Shown here: piece after piece, positions 36,148 to 45,867 of the stretch | Numbering within the stretch: position 1 is the stretch's first letter | How the letters are laid out: every line of letters begins with the position of its first letter | Source: a virus | Lineage: Duplodnaviria; Caudoviricetes | Direction: 5' to 3' (one strand) | Length of the DNA: 64,000 bases | IMG/VR virus record: IMGVR_UViG_3300047160_036266 | Location: 128,001-192,000 of that record | The notes under the pieces: generated by a model | Databases searched by the model: none | Told to the model about the DNA's origin: nothing | The model's input: only the letters and a program-made list of their open reading frames with translations | Translations under genes and position numbers: made by a program

Positions 36148-36387
36148 TCATCGCTTAGCCCTTGCCTTTGCTTTACGCCGCTCTGATTCCATAGCGTCGT
36201 TTTCCTTCTGCTTCTGTTCGATAAACCGCTGAATGAGCCACTTCCTTTCCATAACCAACAGGCTCATGCTGTCCTTCTTCGACATATGTAGGTGGTATTG
36301 GAAAAAGAAGACCTCTTCTTCTAGCTGCTGCCAAAGTTCTACACTTGGGTCTTTTCCGCCTTCTTTCGCCGTGGGAAGAAAAAATTT
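36148..36387 (-). CDS. -1 frame extension of the tail chaperone (GT-like segment)
   Basis: Open -1 frame starting at slippery site A AAT TTT TTC; LWQQLEEEVFFFQYHLHM...ERKWLIQRF. Confidence 0.6.
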   Translation of the reverse strand, partial: KFFLPTAKEGGKDPSVELWQQLEEEVFFFQYHLHMSKKDSMSLLVMERKWLIQRFIEQKQKENDAMESERRKAKARAKR

Positions 36388-37418
36388 GCTTCGAGCGGTA
36401 ACTCGACCTCGAATTCCTGCATACAGCTTGGGCAATTGATCGGGATGGTGGTGTCCACGCCGAAGGGTGGTTCGTTGATACAGTTGCGAATAAAAGCAAC
36501 GTCCTGAATCGGCAGGTTCTTGACCAGGGTTTGAAGCTCACGTTTGTCGTTGATGCCCTCAATGTTTTCGAGGAGCAGAGCCGTCCGATAGGTGAGGGTG
36601 TCGTCGGGAGATGAATCCCCGAATATCTTGATGCGGCGGTCCCGGTACTCTTGAATCTCCTGCTCGTCCTTCCCTTTGGACAGGCGGTAGACGAAGCGGT
36701 AGCCAGTCTTTGGCAGGGTGTCGTGGAGTTCCGGTCCAAAGTCATCGGGGCATTGATCCACGAACAAGCTGTTCAGGTCGATGGCCGTGGAGAACTTCTT
36801 CTCGCACTCCGGGCACTTCACTTCCACGTCATATTCGGGCGTGTAGGAAATACCACGCAACCAGATGAGGAGGTAGGTGCGGTCGATGGTTAGCAACTCC
36901 TCGGCGCGAAAGCCTTCTTGCATACACCGCTGGAAAATCATGTTAATGGCCTGGCCCCTGCGGACAAAGCGGGGCGTGGCCAGGATTTGCTCCTCCTCAC
37001 CCGTCATGGCTCGAACGTGTATGACGCCATTGGCAGGACCATCATCGCCATCATAAAACCGTCCCTTGGAGGGAAGCTCCAGTGGCTCGAAAAGACCTTG
37101 CTGGCCCTTTAGGTCTTCCAGCAGCCGGGAAAGATCGGCACTGGAACCTTTCGGCACTATCGGCTCGTTCCTGGGCCGCTCACGCCCGTGGTGGGGCGTC
37201 TCCGTACCGGCCTTCTGCTGGCGGATGGCGTCCATAAAAGCCTTCGGTACGTTGCCGGAGATTTTCATGCCGGTTTCCGATTGCCGTTCCAGAGGATTGT
37301 CTTCGTCCCCGGCGTCCTTGGCGGCTGCCTTGCGCAGTGCCTCTCCAGCAGCCAGGGCCTCGTTAGCCGCCAAATCCTCTTGGTTGATCTTGCGGGGGCG
37401 GAATGTTTCTTCTGCCAT
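36339..37418 (-). CDS. Baseplate hub / tail assembly chaperone (T4 gp26-like)
   Basis: LELPSKGRFY, MTGEEEQIL, DRTYLLIWLRGISY, CPEC and CPSC, C-terminal ANFFFP. Confidence 0.75.
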   Translation of the reverse strand: MAEETFRPRKINQEDLAANEALAAGEALRKAAAKDAGDEDNPLERQSETGMKISGNVPKAFMDAIRQQKAGTETPHHGRERPRNEPIVPKGSSADLSRLLEDLKGQQGLFEPLELPSKGRFYDGDDGPANGVIHVRAMTGEEEQILATPRFVRRGQAINMIFQRCMQEGFRAEELLTIDRTYLLIWLRGISYTPEYDVEVKCPECEKKFSTAIDLNSLFVDQCPDDFGPELHDTLPKTGYRFVYRLSKGKDEQEIQEYRDRRIKIFGDSSPDDTLTYRTALLLENIEGINDKRELQTLVKNLPIQDVAFIRNCINEPPFGVDTTIPINCPSCMQEFEVELPLEANFFFPRRKKAEKTQV

Positions 37419-37468
37419 ATTGTCTCCTTAACTTACTACATTAGGGTAAGTGATTTTATTAGAGTACG

Positions 37469-37831
37469 ATGCACCTAAATATCCAAAACGTCGAAGAGCA
37501 TATTTTCATGGACAAAAAGGCCCAACTGGCGTTGCCCGACTTCAAACACCTATTCGACTCCTGGGCCTTGGCGACCCGAATAACGGCCCTGCGAAATCTC
37601 GGCAGGCGATCCCTCTTGGATTTCCTCAACGGCCTTAACGCTGACCACCTGCAAACGCTCTCCGACTTTTTCAAGGAAAGTGTCACGGTTGACAAATTGG
37701 ATTACCATGTCGTGCGCAACGTCGAGTGTTCGTTAGATGGGGTCGCTGAAGAAATGAGTAAATACGAGGGGTTCCTCGATGTAGCCGCATACAGGAAGGG
37801 CGACAATGTATATATTAGCTTTTGGAGGTAA
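37469..37831 (+). CDS. Hypothetical protein
   Basis: 120-aa ORF in plus-strand operon. Confidence 0.6.
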   Translation: MHLNIQNVEEHIFMDKKAQLALPDFKHLFDSWALATRITALRNLGRRSLLDFLNGLNADHLQTLSDFFKESVTVDKLDYHVVRNVECSLDGVAEEMSKYEGFLDVAAYRKGDNVYISFWR

Positions 37832-38106
37832 TTTTGGACGAAATATTGGAACTGCACAAGAGAGACGAAGTGGAAGCCGAACCGGATGACTTTGTTACCT
37901 CGCGTAACGACGACGCCGAACTGCAAGGGCTGATCCTCTTCTATATCAACGTGGGCCAGATGCCGACACAGAAGGCCGAGAGCCTGACGCAACGCTGGAA
38001 GGAAAAGACCGAACGCGCATTCAGGAAGTTGCCGGAACGGTACAAAATCATCTGGATTCCCACCAGAGAATCGAAGACCAGGGTAGAATTCCTTCAGTTG
38101 CCGTAA
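37822..38106 (+). CDS. Hypothetical protein
   Basis: Operonic ORF, GGAGG RBS. Confidence 0.55.
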   Translation: MEVILDEILELHKRDEVEAEPDDFVTSRNDDAELQGLILFYINVGQMPTQKAESLTQRWKEKTERAFRKLPERYKIIWIPTRESKTRVEFLQLP

Positions 38107-38115
38107 GGAGGAGCT

Positions 38116-38445
38116 ATGGAAGTTGCAGCGGCTATTATCAACATCGTCCTGTTTGTCTTCGGCACCATTGGCCTAACCCACATCATCGTGGACAGCGCCA
38201 TTATGCAGAAGCCCAGGGATTGGCTGCGGGCGATCCTGCCAACCTACATCTTTCAGGTGTTCGAGTGTTACCAGTGTTGTGGCACCTGGGTCGGTTTCCT
38301 GTGCGGGTGGCTCTGCTTCGGACTTGGTTTCAAGGAGATATTCCTGGGCGGCATGGCAGGTAGCTTCCTGGCCTATTTGTCCGCCGCCCTCTTGACCTGC
38401 CTGGAGGCCAACTCCATCGTAGACGCCCCCAAGGAGGAAAAATGA
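38116..38445 (+). CDS. Small membrane protein (DUF1360-like)
   Basis: Hydrophobic helices with CYQCCGTW. Confidence 0.6.
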   Translation: MEVAAAIINIVLFVFGTIGLTHIIVDSAIMQKPRDWLRAILPTYIFQVFECYQCCGTWVGFLCGWLCFGLGFKEIFLGGMAGSFLAYLSAALLTCLEANSIVDAPKEEK

Positions 38446-38711
38446 GTATCAAGAACTACCAGTTCTACTGTGACTTTTGCGGCTATAAACGTCTTACCGA
38501 TGGCTCTGACGTACAGGATTTGGTGCCGGTCAAACAATCCCCCATTCCCGCCGGGGTGCCGTACCTGGACCCCGTGACCAAGAAAATCGTCACGCCCAAG
38601 GCGTTTAACCGGCCTAAGAAGTTCAAGTGCCCCAAGTGCGGCAGGGTTATCACCGCCCGCAAAATCATTACGGATACGAACCCCGATGCTGAAAAAGATT
38701 GGCTTGCTTGA
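38442..38711 (+). CDS. Zinc-ribbon protein
   Basis: CDFC and CPKC. Confidence 0.6.
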   Translation: MSIKNYQFYCDFCGYKRLTDGSDVQDLVPVKQSPIPAGVPYLDPVTKKIVTPKAFNRPKKFKCPKCGRVITARKIITDTNPDAEKDWLA

Positions 38712-39066
38712 AGTCAAGCAGGCGCTCCGGGACGGCAGGTTCCGAGAACGCCTTCCACCAGAACTGAACGAGGACATCCAAAAGTACCTCCAGAATCCCG
38801 GCTGCGCCTGCAACCTTCCCATCTATCGGCGTGTCATGCAATATGGCGGCGAACAACTCAAAGCCTATTTCCCCGATAAGGAACTGCCCAACATCGAGGA
38901 GGAAATCAAGAACCTTGCCCAGAACCACTGGCTGGTCATCAACTGCAATATCAGTGAACTGGAAGGACGGCTCACCAAACTCCCGCCCGGTCGCAAACAA
39001 ATCGCCGTCGCCCGCTATGAAGATCAAGTGACGGTCATCGTCAATGAGCTTGATTACCTTTACTAG
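38686..39066 (+). CDS. Hypothetical protein
   Basis: NPGCACN motif; operonic. Confidence 0.6.
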   Translation: MLKKIGLLEVKQALRDGRFRERLPPELNEDIQKYLQNPGCACNLPIYRRVMQYGGEQLKAYFPDKELPNIEEEIKNLAQNHWLVINCNISELEGRLTKLPPGRKQIAVARYEDQVTVIVNELDYLY

Positions 39067-40021
39067 CCACAATTAGTCGTGAATTACCGATCATCCTTTC
39101 ACAGCCCTCCAGCATTCTTTCGGGGTGGGACTTGTACTTCGGTATCTCCAGCGGCCAATCGTCCGACCGCAGCCGCCGGCTGCCCAGCACCAGGGCGTTC
39201 TTGTAGAAGATGCGGGCCTTTTCGTACTCCTTCTGGGCGTAATAGATGTCCGCCAGCAGGCACCAGAACTCAGCCATCAGCGGTTTGACCGCCAAGCACG
39301 TTATCACATTTCGTATTGCCTCCCGATAATCCTTCTTCACATGGGCCTGGACCTGCGCACAATAGTAGCGGGTCATGGTCATTGGCATCGCTGCGCTTGC
39401 GCTTTTCTCATGAAACAAATAGTAGTCGGCCAATTTCAAAAAATTGTCCCAACGGCGCTGGATGAGCATGACGCAACTCTGGTAGTAGTAAGGTTCTACG
39501 GCGAGCGGAAATCGCTCTTTCCATTTCTTTATAATTTCGAGCGCTTCCTGGGTGTGGTCTACGCTTTCCACCAGAATTACAGCGCCGAGGTCTTGGGCAG
39601 CGCCCGTAAGGGTTTCGTAGACCGGGTTTTGAAAAGCCAGGTTGGTTCGCTTGTTCCACAGGCGTATTTGTTTGGTGAGCATATCCCCCTGGACGCATGA
39701 CAGGTTGTAGGCGGTCTTGATCCTGGGAAGGGCGTCGAGGATGGTTTGGTGCCCGGTGGCCAACACTTCCCAGGGTTCGATGTACATTTGCCATTCCGAG
39801 TCACTGAGGGCGACCATTTCGTTGCGGACCTTGGAGTAGTCGTCGGACAGGCTGAGCCGGATGACTTCAGCCCTGTATTGCCGGCAAATCTTGTGGGTAC
39901 TATCCTTGCAGCCCAGGTCACAGGCGATGATATGGCAGCCCAGGGGCATCAGGGAGTCCAAGGCACGTTCGATGGTCTGTTCATTGTCCTTGAGGAGCAG
40001 GTGGCAAGTCAGGGGGTTCAT
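39041..40021 (-). CDS. GT2-like plus TPR protein (degenerate DxD)
   Basis: LKDNEQTIERALDS, DLGCKDST, DYSKVRNE, IEPWE; TPR-like C-terminal half. Confidence 0.75.
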   Translation of the reverse strand: MNPLTCHLLLKDNEQTIERALDSLMPLGCHIIACDLGCKDSTHKICRQYRAEVIRLSLSDDYSKVRNEMVALSDSEWQMYIEPWEVLATGHQTILDALPRIKTAYNLSCVQGDMLTKQIRLWNKRTNLAFQNPVYETLTGAAQDLGAVILVESVDHTQEALEIIKKWKERFPLAVEPYYYQSCVMLIQRRWDNFLKLADYYLFHEKSASAAMPMTMTRYYCAQVQAHVKKDYREAIRNVITCLAVKPLMAEFWCLLADIYYAQKEYEKARIFYKNALVLGSRRLRSDDWPLEIPKYKSHPERMLEGCERMIGNSRLIVASKGNQAH

Positions 40022-40169
40022 TTTTTCCGAAGCGTTGCTCTATTAGGAAGTTAAATGCACTCGCCTCGTGGACCATGCCGACCGACTCATAGTACACCTT
40101 GAGGTCACGGTAAATTTGCATGGCTTCGGGTCGTTGCAGGAGTTGGAAGTAAAGCTGGTATACGTCCAC
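39981..40169 (-). CDS. Hypothetical protein
   Basis: Short ORF coupled to the GT2-TPR gene. Confidence 0.45.
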   Translation of the reverse strand: MDVYQLYFQLLQRPEAMQIYRDLKVYYESVGMVHEASAFNFLIEQRFGKNEPPDLPPAPQGQ

Positions 40170-40186
40170 GGAGCTAATAGAGCAAA

Positions 40187-41035
40187 ATGCCGAGTAAATG
40201 TGAGATCGCTCCCATCAAGAATGCCTCTCCAGTCCAGAAACCCTGGGAGGGCAACTGCCACAAGAAACCGTGGGAATACCCAATCACCGCTGTTATTCCC
40301 TGCCTGAATACGTCGGAAACACTCCCCTTATGCGTGGAACTTCTCCGACTGCAAACCACCCCACCCTATATCCTGGTCATTGACACCGGCAGCAGTGAGG
40401 AGCATTTGGCCCAGGTCGAAGCTTTGCGCAGTGATGATCTGGAGGTACTGGCGCTACGGTTGAACGGGGTGCAACATCCATCCGACTTTGTTTCGATGGC
40501 GATGGACTGTGCCTTTACCATGTGCAGAACCGAGTTCCTGTTCGCCACCCACGCCGATTGCTTTCTCCGGCGGCGGGACTTCCTCGAAGAACTGATGGAG
40601 AAATGTAAGGTATCCCCGGTCGTTGGTTATGAGATAAGCCCCAGAGCGCACGCCGATTGGCATGGGATGCTTTCCCACACCGCCAGCATGTATCATATGC
40701 CGACGATGGACAGGATCGGCTTTGGTTGGAGCCTTCGACGCCTCTGCAACCTCTTTAACCTGACCGACCACAAACCCAACCCGTTACGCCCTGGCTGGCC
40801 GGACACCGAAATCCTGGGCAACTACATCCTCCGTCACCATAAGATCAAACCCCTCCTCATCGGTTCCGAACAGAACTTCTCCCGGCAGGTGGACGACAAT
40901 ATCGACCATTTCCGCAGCTATACGTCCGCCAAACTCTACAGTCCACAATTCTTCGCCCAGGCAAGCACATGGTTTGCCCTCGCCAAGAAAGAAGCACTCG
41001 AAAGAATAGAAGAATGGAAGAGGACATCAGCCTAA
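40187..41035 (+). CDS. GT2-family glycosyltransferase
   Basis: TAVIPCLN, ILVIDTGS, FATHADCF. Confidence 0.75.
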   Translation: MPSKCEIAPIKNASPVQKPWEGNCHKKPWEYPITAVIPCLNTSETLPLCVELLRLQTTPPYILVIDTGSSEEHLAQVEALRSDDLEVLALRLNGVQHPSDFVSMAMDCAFTMCRTEFLFATHADCFLRRRDFLEELMEKCKVSPVVGYEISPRAHADWHGMLSHTASMYHMPTMDRIGFGWSLRRLCNLFNLTDHKPNPLRPGWPDTEILGNYILRHHKIKPLLIGSEQNFSRQVDDNIDHFRSYTSAKLYSPQFFAQASTWFALAKKEALERIEEWKRTSA

Positions 41036-41134
41036 TTCGCACCAATGTGCGCATAAAAATGAAATCGCTGATGCAGATATATAGATACCATTTTTTCACG
41101 CTTATTCCCTGTTAAGCCCAGGGAAAGGAGTTGG

Positions 41135-41677
41135 ATGTCGAGTGAATACCTCAACAACAAGGTCTTTGAGAATATCATCTCAAGGTTCCAGCAAGCGAAG
41201 CGAGAAAGGGCGAAGTACGAGTTATTGATTGAAGACATGCGTGAATGCGAGCAGCGGGTGAGGAGGAAGATGGATCGGACCTGGGTGCCGCCGACCTGGC
41301 TGGTGCGGCAGGAGGACTTTGAGGGCATCGTGAGTAACTTTCACGAATCCCAGAAGGAGTTGGCCAGTGCCTTTTACACTCTGTCGGAGAACATCGTGCG
41401 CTATGCGAAGTTCAACCTGATAGACGCCGACGACGCCATACAGGAGGGCGTTATGATCTGTTTCGAGAAGATCGACCGCTTTGATCCGGCCAAGGGTAAG
41501 GCTTTCAACTACATGACGACGTGTATCCTGAACCACTTCCGGCAGTTATACCGGACGGCTCGTAATTACAACGAGCTAAAGAAGAAGTACCACGATTTTC
41601 TTCAGCATCAGTTTGAGCAGACTCTCATCAAGAATGGCAAGGAGCGGCCTGCCTACAAAGGCTCACTGAAGGCATGA
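41135..41677 (+). CDS. Late-transcription sigma factor (T4 gp55-like)
   Basis: YLNNK, DDAIQEGVMICFEKIDRFDP, AFNYMTTCILNHF. Confidence 0.8.
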   Translation: MSSEYLNNKVFENIISRFQQAKRERAKYELLIEDMRECEQRVRRKMDRTWVPPTWLVRQEDFEGIVSNFHESQKELASAFYTLSENIVRYAKFNLIDADDAIQEGVMICFEKIDRFDPAKGKAFNYMTTCILNHFRQLYRTARNYNELKKKYHDFLQHQFEQTLIKNGKERPAYKGSLKA

Positions 41678-41701
41678 TGAACTATAATGATATGGGTGAC
41701 T

Positions 41702-41938
41702 ATGAAAGGAAACTTACTTGAAGTCTTGGAAAGGCAGGAGCTTATCCAGAAACTCATTGACCGAGGTTACGGCCCGATGATTGAAGCTTTCCTCATGAAT
41801 GAGGGGAAGGTTTACACCAAGAAGGGTCGGTTGAACAAGAGCGGCGCGTGCCGGGTACTCGGCTGGAAGCCGAAGGAACTGGAGGACGCCCTCAACAAAT
41901 GTCAAGAGATTCTGCGAAGCGACCTGCTCGAAGAGTAA
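41702..41938 (+). CDS. Small putative HTH protein
   Basis: GRLNKSGACRVLGWKP. Confidence 0.55.
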   Translation: MKGNLLEVLERQELIQKLIDRGYGPMIEAFLMNEGKVYTKKGRLNKSGACRVLGWKPKELEDALNKCQEILRSDLLEE

Positions 41939-41977
41939 TATGAACGGCGCATTCGGCAACGGGTGCGCCGATTTTGT

Positions 41978-42499
41978 TTATATCTGGAAGTACGCCCGGT
42001 CATAGCGAAGGGTCAGTTCACAGACGACCACATCACTGGAACTCATTTCCAAGTCACCGAATTCGGCCACCTGGGGCCAGGCGTTGTCATAAATCCAAGT
42101 TTCGATGGTTTTGCCACAGCCGTCGAACAGCTTGAGGGTGGCCCTGCGCTTAAAGTTGCCGGAACAGGAAGGATTCCAACTGCCCTGCTGAGCATCATAG
42201 GCAATGCGAACCCAGGTCATTACGGGATTCATGCCCGTCGATACATCGTACAGCACCAGGGAGATGGGTTTCCAGTCTGGTTTGCTGGGGAAGTAGATGG
42301 TTTCATTCATGTGTTGGGCTTCTATTTCCTTGAAAGTCAGGCTGGGTCGTGCCGACTTCTGCGGCGGCAGGACGCTAACCTGCGCACCTGGGGTGCCGGA
42401 AACATTATTGATCTCCATTACCCAACGGAATTTGCGCCGCCAGCAAGCCTGGGAATTCCATCCCATGCCCATTTGTTGGCCCTGACACAGATCAGCCAT
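41978..42499 (-). CDS. Tail tube protein (T4 gp19-like)
   Basis: RKFRW, ARPSL, W.PISLVLYD, LFDGCG, AWPQ, ELTLRYD. Confidence 0.85.
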   Translation of the reverse strand: MADLCQGQQMGMGWNSQACWRRKFRWVMEINNVSGTPGAQVSVLPPQKSARPSLTFKEIEAQHMNETIYFPSKPDWKPISLVLYDVSTGMNPVMTWVRIAYDAQQGSWNPSCSGNFKRRATLKLFDGCGKTIETWIYDNAWPQVAEFGDLEMSSSDVVVCELTLRYDRAYFQI

Positions 42500-42580
42500 A
42501 ATACTCCCGTGAAAAGGAAAACTCCCGCACCCGCCAGTGCGGACGGATACGGGAGTTTAATTTTGACCAGATGCGGGCAA

Positions 42581-43186
42581 TTAGCAGCCGTCGCAGCAAG
42601 GATTGATGGCTCCGCTGCAACCATTGAGTGGTTCGTACTTAACTTCGCTGAAGCGAAGGGTTAGTTCGACCGTGCATTCTTCGGAGGAGCTATAGTCAAG
42701 CTCGCCAAAGTTAATGGCCTGCGGCCACATATTCTTCATGGTCCACTTTTCCAGGCCCTTACCGCAACCGTCGTACAATATCAGGGTGCCGATGCCGGAA
42801 TAACCCGGTACATTGGGACCGCCAGTTTTGGACGACATGGAGAGGCACACCGGGTCCGTGAAGTTGTAGACCGTTGCCAACCAGGAAAAGAGCTTACCCA
42901 ATGCCTGGGCGGCGTTGCCAAGTCCGGCAATATCATAGTAAGTGACTGTGATAGTTTCCCAGGCCCCCTTGCCGGGTATCCACATTTTCCCGTGGAGGTA
43001 GTTGATTTCCGTTTCCTCAATAGTGAGGTTAGGACGGGCTGCCAGCTTTACGATAGAGGCCGGAACCGTATAATTGTTGCAGGCGGTCTGAATGGAGAAC
43101 GTCCATCTAAATTTCCGCTTGAATATGACATCGGCCAGGCCAAGGTCGCCCATGCCCATGTCTTGTCCTTTACAAAGTCCTGACAT
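42581..43186 (-). CDS. Tail tube protein (T4 gp19-like)
   Basis: KRKFRW, ARPNL, WETITVTYYD, LYDGCG, MWPQAINFGELDYSS. Confidence 0.88.
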   Translation of the reverse strand: MSGLCKGQDMGMGDLGLADVIFKRKFRWTFSIQTACNNYTVPASIVKLAARPNLTIEETEINYLHGKMWIPGKGAWETITVTYYDIAGLGNAAQALGKLFSWLATVYNFTDPVCLSMSSKTGGPNVPGYSGIGTLILYDGCGKGLEKWTMKNMWPQAINFGELDYSSSEECTVELTLRFSEVKYEPLNGCSGAINPCCDGC

Positions 43187-43205
43187 ATTTTCTCCTTATA
43201 CGACC

Positions 43206-45641
43206 TTAGTTAAACGTAGGTGCGCCGGCACTGGTCCAGTCTCCGGTCCTGTGGATGGAGAACTCAATAAACATGAATTCTGCCGCTCGTGTGGGCTGAA
43301 TACCGATTCTGGCCCTAAATTCATTGCGGTCGATAACATCGGGTGTGTTGATCGTCGTGTCCGCTAGGATGATGTAGTCGTACAGACCACGGCCAACCTT
43401 TATCTCCTTCAGGATGTTGTCAGCCATCGTGGTGAACGTAGAGCGGAAGATGTCGTCGTTCGGGTCGAAGAGCATGATGCGGGATGCAGCACGAATCTTC
43501 TTCTCGCATACGAACATGCAACGCCGCACATTCACACGGTCCAGGGCGGTTGGCTGACGCTGGAGCGTCTTCTGGCCCCAGATCAGGAAGCCGTCAATAT
43601 CCACGAACTGGATAATCGGGTTGATGGCATTGCGGTTGCCGTACATCAGGTCGCGCTCGGCCAAGGTCGGGCGGTTGAATACGTCCGTGACCCCTGGCAC
43701 CACGCCACGGGTGACACCCGCAGGTGCGAACCACGGTGCGGAAAGGAAGTCCGACCGGGCAATGGCTGCCAAAACACCGCCGGATGGCGGAACCCACACG
43801 TCCACACGGTTATAGCTGTCGTTGATCTTGACCCACGGCCAGTACAAAGCCCCGAAGTCGGAGTCAAAGCGGCTGAGGTTCAAGGGGTGCGTACCGTTCT
43901 GCCAGGCGATGATCTCGTTGACCGTAAGGCCGAACGGAGGATCAATAATGGCCAGGCTGTCCATGCGGTAGTTCTGGCACACGTCCAACAGCGAGGTTAC
44001 TACTGCCGTTGAGGCGTGGCCGGGGCAGGCCAGCAGGTCAATATCCACCTGTTCTGGCTCGCTCAGAGCGTACATGCCGGTGAAGGCATAGGGGCTGCCG
44101 ATTAGCAGGGTGTCCTGAAGATCGGGGTCGGATGGGATGCCATCGCTGCCGCCGGTTAGCTGATAACCGGCCAGGCCACTGTCAGCCGGTGGGGCACCGA
44201 CGCTCACGTTATCCTGTACCCGGATGAAGTCCGACACCAGCGCCAGGAAGGTTTCCACATAGAACGTGCTGGAGGAGTCCTTGGTCAAGTTGCCCCAGGC
44301 TTCCAGTGGCACGCCGTTGTTGTAAACCGACATATTGAAGGTGCCGTCACGGGTGTTGTTCGTCACTACCACGGACGTAAGATTGCCGTCGAGTCCGGGC
44401 GAGTCGGCGGTGATCGTGAAGGAGGCAATGCCAGTTGTATTTGGCGCACCGTCCACGATGCCGGCCTGCTCGATGCCGGTGTCACCCGTCACCATGATTG
44501 GGCTAACGCCCACGGCGGTCAGGTTGTCAAAGCCAAAGATGTCGTTGGCCGTGCTGCTGGATTTGACCAGGAGGCGGGCGTCAACGCCGGTCGATAGCGT
44601 GCTGACGGTTAGCTGATCGCCAGTTGCCGAGAAGACAAAGCCACCCGGCAGATTGTTTGCTACATAGTCATTCAACTGAGTCACGATGGTGCCGATACTC
44701 TGCGGACCACCTTCGAGGCTCGCCATATCTACGGTCTGCATGATTTGGTCGATCAGTACGTTGTCAGTACCGTCAACCACGATCTGAAGGTTCAAACCCG
44801 TTAGACCGCTGAAGTCGAACGTACCAGCGGCCTGGTAGCCGTTGACCGGGAACTTCTGGTTAGCACCCGTGGTGCTGCCGGCGGTCATGCCCACGCCAAG
44901 GCCAGACACGTTGTTGCCTGGCGGGGTTGCCGATGGCGTCGAGCCACCGTACATGGCGTCTTGAACGGCCACCAACTCCAGAGAGGAGGTCGGGCCATAA
45001 GCCCAGGTTGTCTTCACGCCCAAATATTGCTGTGCGCCGTACTGCCGAACGTAGAACATGATGCCGTCGTGAATCAGGTCCAACTGTGAGTTCAGATCGT
45101 TGACCAGATCAGTAACCGACCAGGCTTGGTTCGTGTTTGGGGCAGGGCGGTTGGCGATGTTCAGGACCACGAGGGTCTTGGCGGACAATACGCCATTCAA
45201 ACGCCACCGGAAGAAATAGTCGTGTGGCGTGGTGCCGTGCATACCATCGAAGTAGTATGGGCCGGCGGTAGCCGTGAATATATCAATGGTGTCGCCCGCT
45301 GCCGGTGCCGGGCAGGATGCCGTCGTGGCCTGCTCGTCCGATACGGGGTCCACATCTGCCACTCGGACGACGTAGAGTTCACTTCCCGTCTGAAGATACA
45401 ACAGGCCGGCATAGATCAGGTATGGGTCGCCCACGTCAGGGTGCGGGAACCCGAACACCAAACTTAACTGGCGTGCAGTGTTAATCATGGTCGGTGAGTT
45501 GATCGGACCCTTGCTGGCAAAACCTACCAGGCCAGCACGGTGGAACGACTGCTCAGGAGCTATAAAGCTCAAATCTTTCTCTGCGATACGAACACTCGGA
45601 CTGATCGTGTTCGACGGCGGAAACCCCTGTAATATCGCCAT
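43206..45641 (-). CDS. Tail sheath protein (T4 gp18-like)
   Basis: SPSVRIAE.D.S, GFASKGP, YWPWV, WVPPSG, WFAPAG..RG, WGQKTL, RVNVRR. Confidence 0.95.
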   Translation of the reverse strand: MAILQGFPPSNTISPSVRIAEKDLSFIAPEQSFHRAGLVGFASKGPINSPTMINTARQLSLVFGFPHPDVGDPYLIYAGLLYLQTGSELYVVRVADVDPVSDEQATTASCPAPAAGDTIDIFTATAGPYYFDGMHGTTPHDYFFRWRLNGVLSAKTLVVLNIANRPAPNTNQAWSVTDLVNDLNSQLDLIHDGIMFYVRQYGAQQYLGVKTTWAYGPTSSLELVAVQDAMYGGSTPSATPPGNNVSGLGVGMTAGSTTGANQKFPVNGYQAAGTFDFSGLTGLNLQIVVDGTDNVLIDQIMQTVDMASLEGGPQSIGTIVTQLNDYVANNLPGGFVFSATGDQLTVSTLSTGVDARLLVKSSSTANDIFGFDNLTAVGVSPIMVTGDTGIEQAGIVDGAPNTTGIASFTITADSPGLDGNLTSVVVTNNTRDGTFNMSVYNNGVPLEAWGNLTKDSSSTFYVETFLALVSDFIRVQDNVSVGAPPADSGLAGYQLTGGSDGIPSDPDLQDTLLIGSPYAFTGMYALSEPEQVDIDLLACPGHASTAVVTSLLDVCQNYRMDSLAIIDPPFGLTVNEIIAWQNGTHPLNLSRFDSDFGALYWPWVKINDSYNRVDVWVPPSGGVLAAIARSDFLSAPWFAPAGVTRGVVPGVTDVFNRPTLAERDLMYGNRNAINPIIQFVDIDGFLIWGQKTLQRQPTALDRVNVRRCMFVCEKKIRAASRIMLFDPNDDIFRSTFTTMADNILKEIKVGRGLYDYIILADTTINTPDVIDRNEFRARIGIQPTRAAEFMFIEFSIHRTGDWTSAGAPTFN

Positions 45642-45645
45642 AGTC

Positions 45646-45867
45646 TTATTCTCCCTTTCGCAACTTGTTTGGTATGTGCTTTGTGGAAATCAATCCCATT
45701 TCTTCTACACGCTGTATATAGGGCGTATTCCGTTCATCTTCCAAGAGATAAACATTTTTTCCCGAACCAACTCCCGGAATATTAAGCGTGGTAAATGCCC
45801 TTGGAGCCATCCGTGACCGGACGATCAATTGCACAGGAAACTTGTTCTTGTTCCGAATTTCTAGCAT
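45646..45867 (-). CDS. Small hypothetical protein upstream of the sheath gene
   Basis: 73-aa operonic ORF. Confidence 0.6.
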   Translation of the reverse strand: MLEIRNKNKFPVQLIVRSRMAPRAFTTLNIPGVGSGKNVYLLEDERNTPYIQRVEEMGLISTKHIPNKLRKGE

